Assembly: GCA_043228905.1 (NCBI GenBank)
Contig: JBHGNT010000001.1
Span: 7,254,001 to 7,318,000 of the forward strand
From: Azolla caroliniana
Taxonomy: Eukaryota; Plantae; Polypodiophyta
Direction of reading: 5' to 3'
DNA: 64,000 bases
Shown here piece by piece: positions 41,066-51,449 of the stretch (the first letter of the stretch is position 1; each line of letters opens with the position of its first letter). The notes beneath the pieces were generated by a model. The model did no database searches, was not told the origin of the DNA, and saw only the letters and a program-made list of their open reading frames with translations. The position numbers and the translations under genes are program-made.

Positions 41066-44000
41066 TCATGTGTTCATGACACTATCTCTCTTTCGAGAAC
41101 GCCGAGTGGAAGTCGGCATTAACATTGTTGGGCCGGGTTTGTTTGGATAGTGACGATGGAAGTCGTTGACCAGAGCTTCAACATTACAAACGTTATCGAT
41201 GGGTTCCCAAGTGCGATCACTCGAAGGATAGCCAAGCCAATCAACTAGATAATAAAGCTTATTGCGCACAATCTTAGAATCGAGAATAGCAGCTACCTTG
41301 TATTCGAGGCCGTCCACAAGTTGTACAGAAGGCGGTGGTGGCACGACACGATTAGGAATTAAAGAGGTGCGGCAAGGTTCCAAAAGAGAGCTATGAAAGA
41401 CAGGGTGAAGCCGCATATGTGTAGGAAGGTTAAGACAAAATGTTGCATCGTTAATCTGCGCCGTGATGACAAAAGGACCTAAGCGTTGATAGTCAAGCTT
41501 AGCACACGATCGGGTAATCTTGATGTGGCGACGAAGCAACCATACACGGTCACCAACCTTAAACGAAGACTTAAGACGATGTCGATCGACATTGGTCTTA
41601 TGGTGTGCTTGTGCTTTCTGAAGATGTGACGATAACTTGAACTGGATTTGTTGTAGTCGGTGGAGGTGATGCGCCGCACTAGGGTTTCGTGACACCTCGG
41701 GAAGATCCAGTATACACCATCGAGGGTGGTTGCCGGTGTAGGCAAAGAAAGGTGTAACTTTGGTAGAAGAGTGGACCGTGTTGTTGTATGCAAACTCGGC
41801 AAGATGTAAAATATTACTCCAATCATCTTGTTGATAACTAATGAAACATCGAAGATAGTGCTCGAGCGTTTGATTTGTGCGCTCAGTTTGTCCGTCAGTT
41901 TGTGGATGATAAGCCGAAGAGAGTTTGCAAGAGATTTTGAGGCCTGCCCATAGGTGCTTCCAAAAGTGTGAGATAAATTGAGGACCTCGATCGCTAATAA
42001 TATCATGCGGGAGACCATGATGGCGAAACACTTCACGCATAATGAGAATCATCTGCACTTTCTTCACTATTGATGGTCTTTACACATGGTACAAAATGTG
42101 CCATCTTGGTGAACCGATCCACTATTGTTAAAATAGTATCAAAGCCTTTGGAAGGTGGCAGATCCGTAATGAAATCCATAGAAATAGACTGCCATGGCTT
42201 CTTGGGAGGGGGTAATGGTTGTAGTAAGCCATACGGGTGATGTCGGGGTATTTTGGCGCGACAACAGGTGTCACAAATGCGAACATAATCTTCGACAAAT
42301 TTTTGCAAGTGAGGCCACCAAAACGAATGTTTTACCAGCTCAATGGTCTTGGAAATACCAAAATGTCCAGCCATGGGGGCATCATGACAATGTTCCAACA
42401 CTTGAAGTCGGGGTGATCCGTCGGGGACGTAAAGGAGATTCTTGTAGAAGAGTAAGTCATCTTGCCACTTGAAGTCCTGATAATGTTGAGATGACCCTGG
42501 CAATGTGGAGCAAGATGGACGACTTGAACCACAGTGGGCTAAGTCATCCTTAGCGAAATCATCCGAATGAAGTTGTTGCCGAATAGTGTCAAGAAGGGTA
42601 GAATCAAGTGGTGTGGCATAAATTGTTGTTACCTGTAGCTTTGATGGCCCGAGGAGAATTTGCTTTTGATTGTCAAAGGCCGGATCTCCAGGTCGAAGTG
42701 CTAGATACGAACGCCGAGACAAAGCATCTGCTTTTCCTTGTTGTTTTCCGGGGCGAAAAATGATCTTGAAATCGAAACGCGTTAGAAATTGGGCCCACCG
42801 AGCTTGTCGTCTATTTAATACTCGAGCTGTTTGAAAATATGTGAGATTTTTGTGATCACTATAAATGATAATTTGATAAGGTGATCCTTCTAGAAAATGA
42901 CGCCATTGCTCGAATGAGTCGACCACAGCTAGTAACTCCTTGTCATGCACCTCATAGTTGATCTCCGAAACAGTAAATTTTCTTGAGTGAAACACGACTG
43001 GATGTGTTTGCCCGTCCTCACCTGGTTGCGATAGGATACTCCCCAATGCAAAGTCCGATGCATCCGCCTCAATAGTAAATGGCTTTTCAGGATCAATATG
43101 TGCTAGGATGGGTGCTGATGTGAATGCCTCTTTCAACTGCGTAAAAGCCTTGTCCGCTTCGATACTCCAAAAAAATGCTTGATTTTTCTTGGTGAGTTGA
43201 GTAAGGGGCAACACAATGCTTGAATAATTATGTATGAATTTGCGATATAAGTTCGCAAATCCGAGGAAACACTGGACATCCCGAACTGAGCATGGGGGTT
43301 TCCATTCCAATATTGTTTGGACTTTTGCCGGGTCCATGAAAACACCCTGGGATGAAATAGTGTATCCCAAAAATTCGACTTGTTTGCAATCAAAACTGCA
43401 TTTCTCAAGTTTGGCATAAAGACCATACTTCCTTAGGCGTTCAAGTACTTGCCGCACATGTATATCATGCTCCCCCTGTGTTTTAGAGTAAATCAATAGA
43501 TCATCTAGGTAGATGATTAGAAAAATATCCAAGAAATCCTGGAAGATGTCATTTGCCATATGTTGGAATACTGCAGGTGCATTTGTGAGCCCGAAAGGCA
43601 TGGCTGTATACTCGAAATGACCATACCGAGTACGAAATGTTGTTTTCCTCTCATCTCCCGGCCGAATTCGAACAAGATTATATGCACCCCTTAGATCAAT
43701 TCTGGTAAAATGCTTTGCCCCACCAATGCGTTCTAAGAGATTGGAGATTAAAGGTAAAGCATACCTATTCCTTATGGTGACTTTATTTAAGCCTCGATAG
43801 TCCACGACCAAACGAAGGGGGCCGTCCTTTTTCTTCACAAAAAAGATAGGAGCACCAGCTGGAGGCTTTGAATGTCGAATAAACCCATGTGCAAGATTTT
43901 CCTCGATGTATTCTCGAAGAACCTCAAGCTCAGTGGGTGATAAATTGTAAATCAGACCCCAGGGTGGCTCTTTTCCTGGTTGGAGATGAATAGGACAGTC

Positions 44001-44177
44001 GTACGGCCGATGCTTTGGAAGAACACTAGCTTTGACTTTGTCGAAAACATCAGCATAGTCTTGATATTTTTTGGGAATTTGGATGTCTGAATTCCCTTGA
44101 GTGACACTAGAAGGTGTCACTGATATTGCAAATAAGAAAAGGTCCTCCTGGCCTCCAACTTGGCACAATTGTTGCAA
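41066..44177 (-). pseudogene. Chromovirus pol: RT, RNase H, integrase, chromodomain (frameshifted near 42050)
   Basis: YLDDLLIYS, EADASDFALG, HHCC (HCHD..GHFG..CDTC), ISDRGPQF, HPQTDGQTE, GPF, and chromodomain YKVAAILDSK..YLVDWLGY..TWEP. Confidence 0.95.
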
Positions 44178-44321
44178 TGTGATGGCTGAAATTTGATGAG
44201 AAGGATATGGTGCATCGGTAGAACTATATACTTAGGAGGATAATCTCGAGTTCGATCCTTGACAATGATATTTTCTGCTAAAGGGCACCTAATTTCTCGC
44301 TTCCTCTAATTGATTATAGGA

Positions 44322-44696
44322 TTATGTAGCTCGAACCATGGCAAACCGAGGACAATTGGATGCAGGACTACGGATTATGTTAAAGGAAACTACACATCCT
44401 AAATCACCCAAGAGTATGTGTATTGGCTCAGACTCTTCAAATATCTTCCCGGAAGCTATGGGGCGTCCATCAATCACTACTACGGAAACTGGGCAAGGAA
44501 GTGTATGCAAGGATATTTGGTGTTTTTGGGCAAAATCTCTATCCATGAAACAAGAATTGGCTCCAGTATCTAAGAGGGCTTGGACTTGAAGTTGACAACT
44601 GGGTGTCCTAACTTGTACTAGGGCTGAGAAGACTCTACTAACATGCTTGGAAGAAATGGAACCCACACTAGGTTGTACATATCTAGGGTTGTCCAA
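44322..44696 (-). pseudogene. Chromovirus aspartic protease (frameshifted)
   Basis: ALLDTGANSCFM. Confidence 0.9.
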
Positions 44697-44860
44697 CCAA
44701 ATGGCTCCTATTTTGGCCGGACTTATTCATTTGACTCCTCTTCTAATTGGCTTAGGACTTCAAATTTATTGGACAAGGGTGGATTATTCATAATATTAGA
44801 TTCACTGACTGCTTCTAAAATGTTGGACTCATTTTTATTGTCATAGTGAATTTGATTTAC

Positions 44861-45884
44861 CTAACGTCTCGGCCTATGGGAGCAATGAATGACTATATGT
44901 CCTGGACCTCCGCAATATAAGCACAAATGGTTTGCTCGACGACGTTGCTTCTCTTCGTCTGACAACGGTCCTCGTCGTTGAGTCATATCGATCTCCATGG
45001 GTGCAGGACTATCCATTGGGACTGGACTACGTGTTTGCCTTGGAGTTGGAGTAGGGCTATACATTTGCCTTGGGGATGATTGCGCCGTTACTGATGCATA
45101 AGTTGGTGTGAATCTTGATCTTGTTATTTGTTGTTGTCGCTCACATCGACGCTCAAAAAGGCGATTATCACACTGTATTGCTCGACTAATAGCTTCTGTA
45201 AGTGACCTTGGATCCTCAGGGAAGGTAAGAAGTAGGTCTTTGACATCACTACGAAGGCTTGAACGGAATTGCTCCATTAGGGCTTGTTCATCCCAAGGAA
45301 TATCGCTTGCGATGAGACGGAAACTGGCAACATATGTCGAAGCTGGTTGATCACCTTGACGAAGTGTACGAATCTTGTTGATAGTTGTTCTCGCCCCATC
45401 AGTATCTCCGAAACAAGCCTTAAATTCCTTAATAAATTCCTCGAAATTATTCAGTAGAGAAGAATTGGTCTCTAGCAATGGAGCAAACCACGACAACGTT
45501 ATGCCAGTCAATAAGGTGCCACTAGCCCGACTCGTGATGATATGTTGGATAACGCGCGGGATGCATTTAAATCACCAACCGTACTTGATTCAAGAAACCT
45601 CGAAAATGCGCCCTCGACCCATCAAATTTAGCTGGGAGGCTAATTTTGGGCTTCTTGATAAGTCCATGACCTTCAACCCTTTGTTGTTGTAACACTACGA
45701 TTGTCGACTCTAACTATTGCACTCGTCGCGTGAACTCCTCTTGTTCTTGTTGCTTCTCTATAGTAACCTTTTGTAGATCCCCAAGTAGACGTTGATTCTC
45801 TACTTCAAGAGATGCGAACTTGGATTTAAGGTTCTCCATTTCTGCAACAAGGGTGAGATATTCTTCTGAGTTAATGGCAACCAT
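44861..45884 (-). pseudogene. Chromovirus gag (interrupted)
   Basis: LRQG..STYVASF, PMEID and zinc knuckle CLYCGGPGHIVIHC. ATG at 45884, internal stop at ~45714. Confidence 0.9.
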
Positions 45885-45914
45885 GGTTTCAGGATGGTTG
45901 CAAAGGAGGATAAC

Positions 45915-45945
<31 letters not shown>

Positions 45946-46169
45946 GAATACGAGGTAGCTGTTATTCTCGATTCTAGGATTGTGCGCAATAAGCTTTATT
46001 ATCTAGTTGATTGGCTTGGCTATCCTCCGAGTGATCGCACTTGGGAACCCATCGATAACGTTTGTAATGCTGAAGCTCTGGTTAATGACTTCCATCGTCA
46101 CTATCCAAACAAACCCGGCCCAACAATGTTAATGCCGACTTCCACTCGGCGTTCTCGAAGGAGGGATAG

Positions 46170-46593
46170 CGTCATGAACACATGACCATTATGGCGTCAC
46201 CCGAACTTGAACCTCAAACCTTGTAATCCATACTTGAAAACCTCAACCATTAAGATAGCTTATTGTTATATGAAATAATAAAAGCTACTTCTTGTATTAC
46301 ATTGATTATTGTAAAAACTCTAGATTATTCTAGAATGTCCTAGAGCATTCTAGGTCTAGAACATTCTAGAACATTCTAGAAATCTCTAAGCTATTCTATA
46401 GGAACCTATAAATAAGGGCATACATGTATTCTCAAATCAATTCGAATCAACACTAGTCTTTAGCTCTCATTACATATCTTGTATCCATTCTCTATCTTAT
46501 ACATTCATTCTTCTCTTAGTATTTCGTTCCTTTCTTCTCGTGTTCTCTAATATCCTTCTTCCATCACTCTATCTTTTATCCTTAGTTCTGACA
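46170..46593 (+). repeat. Full 3' LTR of the chromovirus
   Basis: Preceded by purine tract GAAGGAGGGATAG. Runs (C/T)GTCATG..CTGACA, with TATAAATA at 46407. Confidence 0.9.
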
Positions 46594-46699
46594 TTATCTC
46601 TTTTTTAATGGGGACCATCAAGTGATCGAGAATATTGTAATTCATTACAAAACGAATTGCTTGTTTCTTCTTGAGTGTTGTTTTGGCATGGGAAAGAGA

Positions 46700-47075
46700 A
46701 GTTGAGATCTCAATTCAATCGTTTATTTCGATTGGGGATTGTACATTTGGAAGATGCGGTTGATAATGAATCTCAAAGGTTGTCGGATTTTGAAGATGTC
46801 AAGAGATGGTAACTATGTATTCCCCCAAATTATGGATTTATTTGGGATAAATTACATGTTATACCAATTTGAAGTTGCAAGGATCTTTGCCATTGAAAAC
46901 TAATTTTGCACCTTGGGTAGATTGGCGGTTACAAGATGGTACACGCTTGTTACAGGTCACTACAAATATATTGTATCATCATGCGATGGCATCATTATCT
47001 TGGTTATCTCCTAAAGCAACGAAGTTATGGAATGTATATAAGTCAGATGCAAGGTGGTGGAAAATATTACAACGT
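46700..47075 (+). pseudogene. L1-type LINE fragment interrupted by a solo LTR (resumes at 48049-48069)
   Basis: W..W..DG..KLWNVYKSDARWWKILQR continues as GWHSHLP once 47076-48048 is removed, matching RRLWAFDMP in the LINE at 15288-16298. Confidence 0.65.
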
Positions 47076-47874
47076 TGTTGTGAAGATTTTCGTCCACAAG
47101 TGGAAACCCGAGCAACGAGAGCCAAAGAGCGATGTGCAACGTTGCACACGTACATAATGTATTTGTAATAGTAATAAGGGTAAAGTGTATGGTGCTAGAA
47201 ATGCCCCATAGGATCCCTAAGGTATAAAGGTGATGTGGTCTTGTGCGCACATCCATGAGAGAGAGAGAGAGAGGTACTATGCGGTACATAGGTACCTAGT
47301 TGTTTGTGTGGAGGTGGGAGTTAAGGGGGCATCAATCTCACCCTCCCCAAATCAAGGCAAATATCCCCTTTGAATGAAAGGGGATATTTTAGTCTCACTT
47401 TGTAAACGGTCTTCCCTCCTTGTGCTATAAAAGGAGAGGGAAGGCACCATTGTGGGGGTTGCCCATTTTGCGTTAGAGGGTATACCGTTAGTTTAGGGTT
47501 AGTTACATTTCTTCTTCTTCTTCTTCTTCTTCTTCTTGGTCTACTTCTTCTTCTTCCCCCCCCCCCCCCCTCGTGTTCGCTTAGGGTTTGCTTCAGCTCG
47601 TCTCCTGCACAAGACCCCGCTCGGCGCGACAAGCCCGTGACCTCCCGACCGGCGGCTTGGCAGCCGACGACTGTTGTAACCTACCTTGGTCCGGCTCGAC
47701 GCCAGGAATGTGTTCTTCCTTTTATATATATATACGTTTGCGTCTGTCTGTGTATATTCGCATCTTTGTTGGTGTCGGGTGCTTCCCCTTTCCTGCGTTT
47801 CCTGTACATAAGGGCGTGAGTCGGGTTGGCCTGTGTGCGCGTGTGTGCGCGTGAGTCGGTGTTAAGCGCGCGCT

Positions 47875-47914
<40 letters not shown>

Positions 47915-48044
47915 TCGGTTGCTTCTGGTGTGCTTCTGGGATGCCCCGGAAACGGTGAAGTACGACTTCCTACGCTCCGTCACTCCCTAGTCCAAGACCC
48001 CCGTGGTTCCGCCTTTCTCCACGCACGCGCGTAGCAACGCGACA
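47076..48044 (+). mobile_element. Solo LTR with 4-bp ACGT target-site duplication
   Basis: Termini TGTTGTG..CGCGACA, CTATAAAAGG at ~47425, ACGT on both sides. Shares start and end motifs with 57847-58538. Confidence 0.8.
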
Positions 48045-48063
48045 ACGTGGTTGGCATTCCCAT

Positions 48064-50055
48064 CTACCATTTCATGCAAAGGTATTCATATGGAGAGTCC
48101 GCTATGACTTCGTACATCCTTTCCGAACATACCGGAATTGTTCGGTCCTCTTTAAGGACTCCTCCGACTACCTCTCGCAGCTCCCCCAAGGTATCGTCGA
48201 AAAAGACCGCCTCCACGGGTCCGTTGATTTCCTCTCCAAGGCTGAGGACGCCACATGCCCGAAGTCGCTCCTCCGCCCTTTTCTTCTTCCGTCCAACAAC
48301 GTCAACTATCGTACACGCTCCGTTGTCGGAGAACCAAAATTTCCTACTTATAGTACAGGGTTTCTTCACTATCATACACTTATGGGGTTTTCCCGGAGTG
48401 TCCGGACTACCGCGGCCCCACGCCTTGATAACCCTCTTCAAAAATCCTCCCGGCTTTCGCCCCCGAGGGTCTCACGGTTCCTCTCATGGTTCGGTCTCAC
48501 CGTCAAGAACTGGACCGAGTGGCGCCCATCCTGGCTCTTGACCCTCGCATAGGCCGAGCCGTTGTCCAGCACCTTGGTCTCCATCCGTGCTGCCGTGATG
48601 TACGGTTCTCCGAGTATAACCGGATGTGAGGACGTCTCCTGCACGAAGAAGTGTAGGTCAATCTCGACATCGCCGATCTTTACTCGTACATTCGGGCAGG
48701 CTCCATGCAGTTCCTCGGTGGCACGCGTCGCCGCCCGTATTTTCCACCCGTGCTTTGTGTTGATCGGCCATTTCCCCTTCTTATAGAAGTCCATGGAAAT
48801 CAAATTGATTTCTGAACCGTGGTCCACCAACGCCACCACCGGTTCATGAACATCTCCGATCTTCACGGGGGTCTCCGTGGTTGCCCTGGCCCAATGCGGC
48901 CTCGAATAGTGGCTCTCCGCCAACTCGTCTTCCAGCGCCATGTCCTCTATGTGCGTCGCTCGCACCTCCACCGGCTTCTCCGGTTTTGTCTCCGTCGACA
49001 GCCTCTTCCTCTTCACCAAGTCTACGATGGAATCGTGGAGCTCCTTTTTGGCGATCCCGAGCACTTCCCTCAGCGATAGTTCTACCTTGCTATCGAGGAT
49101 TCGTTCTTCTAGGACCTTTCGCAGGTCCGTGGATCTTTCAATTTCTGTGCCCAGCCGGTACCCGCCCCTCTTGGGATTATCCTGGGCGCCAATTACATCG
49201 ACCTCATTCCGCCTTTGCCCTGATCGAGTTTCATATCGTTGCGAGGGGCCGGCCCCTCCGATTTTCCCTACCCGCTTGTCCTCCACCAGCGCCTCGTAGT
49301 TTTGACAAGCGGCTTCGACGAAGCCCGTCTTTTCTTCCATCGGGTCACTCCACCCGGTCACCTCCCGGACCCGTTTTTCCGCACGGTCCGCCTCTTCCTT
49401 CCTTAGTCGTGCGCCGGCGAGGCCTTCTAGCATCGTTGGCCAGAACCCGGCTTTGTTCTTCTTCGGGGCCTCGCCACCTCCGACCCGAATACCAGCTGAC
49501 GCCGAGTAGTGGACGGTCTCTGCGTGACAAGCCGCCGTCTCCTCCATCAGCCTTTTCATACCTCCCCGCCCGACATTTAGGTCCAGGGCCCTTCGGGTCT
49601 CGCTGGTGTGCACCCGACCGTTCCACAGGTACACCACGTTGCTTCTCATCGCCTGGGCGAAGTCCCCGCAGTCTTTCCGGATGTGGCCAACCGCGTCACA
49701 CCACATGCACCTGTTTCCAGCTGGAGGTCGTCGGTCACGGCCCTGTTTACCACCATCCCTTCGTGCTTGGGCGATCTGGAGATCCTTTACCATCCGCGTC
49801 AGTTCCTCCAGAGCTGCTCCCCCGGACGAGCCCTTGACCATGCTGGTCGAAGCCGATCCAGTCTCGAGCCAATCCCGGGTCTCTTCCCTTCGCGTTGGTG
49901 GTGTTGGCTCGAGCTTCCTCGCTGTGACAGAGCCCGCCCTTGTCGATCCTTTGTCAACCCATTCCTGCCGTTTGTCGAAACGGCCATAGACCCTTTTCAC
50001 TACGGCCCAGTCAGCCGTCAGCCCGTCATCAGTCTCCAACAGGAGGCCTACCTGC
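48064..50055 (-). mobile_element. Ty3/gypsy internal fragment: gag zinc knuckle and aspartic protease, cut by the insertion at 50056
   Basis: CMWCDAVGHIRKDC, ALVDHGSEINLIS and ILGEPY in ORF 48438-50039. GC-rich. Confidence 0.85.
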
Positions 50056-50623
50056 TGTTAAGCGTTGGGATAACAACACAACCAGTCACGAATAAGAACG
50101 CATCAACAAGGACGTAGTACGAAGAGGAAACGGCAAGAGGAAAGGAGAGCAAAGAGACAGCCAAATGTGAAAGGCCCATAACCTAAACGTGAAAGCTATA
50201 TAAACCACATAGTAGTGGCTTTGTGGGGGTTCTACCATTTGTAAAGATCTCCTATTGATTAGAGCTAGAGCTTCCTCTCCTCCTTCTTGTAACCTTTGAG
50301 CTTAAGAGAGATTAGTGAAGTGTTGAGTTAAAGAACACTAATCTCTCTCCTTGTTGGTGCTAGACCTCTTAGCAAAGAGGGTTAATAATAGACATACTCT
50401 TTCTTCTTATTGTCTATATCTATTAATCTATTGTCTATGAGAGAGAGCTTGAGAGAGTGAGAGAGATATCGTGCTTAATCATTTACTAATCGTTGAGTGA
50501 GTGTGAGGCTCGGAGGTATCCGACAACCATCTCCGCCCGATTCGCCATCAAGAGGGTATACAACGGTCCGAATCCCGCCACGACATCGAGGAGCTTACTC
50601 CATCGATACATAGATCCTTAACA
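50056..50623 (+). repeat. 5' LTR of the Athila-like element
   Basis: Inverted termini TGTTAAG..CTTAACA and CTATATAAA at ~50196. Confidence 0.88.
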
Positions 50624-50629
50624 TCTATT

Positions 50630-50647
50630 TGGCGCCGCTGCCGGGGA
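50630..50647 (+). promoter_or_regulatory. Primer-binding site of the Athila (tRNA-Asp) type
   Basis: TGGCGCCGCTGCCGGGGA, 6 nt after the LTR end. Confidence 0.85.
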
Positions 50648-50734
50648 TGAGACCGACGCTTGAAGCCTATTTCGAGTAGTCGAAAACTCGAAGGCAACCC
50701 ACTTAACGAAGGAAGAAAGCAAAAGAGAACCACT

Positions 50735-50995
50735 ATTTTCTGTTTTTCTTACTATTTCATAGTTTAATTAAGTTGATTTTCTGTTTTTCTTACTATTTCA
50801 TAGTTTAATTAAGTTGATTTTCTGTTTTTCTCACTATTTCATAGTTTAATTAAGTTGATTTTCTGTTTTCCTCACTATTTCATAGTTTAATTAAGTTGAT
50901 TTTCTGTTTTTCTCACTATTTCATAGTTTAATCAAGTTGATTTTGTGTTTTTCTCACTAATTCATAGTTTAATTAAGTCCCATTTTCTGTTTTTT
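50735..50995. repeat. 41-bp tandem repeat (~6 copies) in the retroelement leader
   Basis: Unit ACTATTTCATAGTTTAATTAAGTTGATTTTCTGTTTTTCTT. Confidence 0.95.
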
Positions 50996-51134
50996 CGCTC
51001 GGTTGACATTAAACATTGTGGAGGTTTAGGCCGTTACGGGGCAAGCATAATCACCGCGAGTCTCGCGGCTTACGATCACTCCACGGGTCACAAAGCGACC
51101 GTTGGCGCCAAAAAATTTGAATTTCCCACGCAAA

Positions 51135-51398
51135 GCTCGTCGAAGATTCAACCTTCGACGAACATTCAACCTTCGACGAAGATTCATCCTTCGACGAAGA
51201 TTCATTCTTCGACGAACATTTAAATCTTACGACGAAGATTCATCCTTCGACGAAGCTTCATCCTTCGACGAACATTCAACCTTCGACGAAGGTTCGCCCT
51301 TCGACGAAGATTCATCCTGCGACGAAGATTCATCCTTCGACGAAGCTTCATCCTTCGACGAAGCTTCATCCTTCGACGAACATTCAACCTTCGACGAA
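51135..51398. repeat. 18-bp tandem repeat (~14 copies) in the retroelement leader
   Basis: Unit TTCA(T/A)CCTTCGACGAAGA. Confidence 0.95.
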
Positions 51399-51449
51399 CC
51401 TATAAAAATTTAAATAAATAAATAAATAAATAAAACTTGACCAGAAAAC

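Larger units (their letters stand above)
40623..46593. mobile_element. Ty3/gypsy chromovirus (Tcn1/Tf1-like) with inverted internal region
   Basis: gag, protease, RT, RNase H, integrase and chromodomain lie on the - strand, while LTR sequences at 40623-40798 (partial) and 46170-46593 (full) are on +. 40801-41307 is an inverted copy of 45944-46450. Confidence 0.95.

Noticed and set aside
40618-46598. TATC on both sides of the chromovirus as a target-site duplication
   Set aside because: Only an offset 4-of-5 match (GTATC vs TTATC), and the left end lacks a TG terminus, so chance cannot be excluded.
47076-50055. A second LTR element with an inverted internal region
   Set aside because: The LTR has its own ACGT duplication and the host LINE frame resumes after it, so it is a solo LTR. 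The gag-protease fragment is a separate neighbour.
48819-50117. Long + strand ORFs, e.g. 48881-49837
   Set aside because: Antisense shadows of the GC-rich gag-protease frame, with no motifs.
50735-51398. 41-bp and 18-bp arrays as CRISPR, and ORF 51102-51413 as a gene
   Set aside because: Contiguous tandem units inside a retroelement leader; the ORF is just a translation of the repeat.
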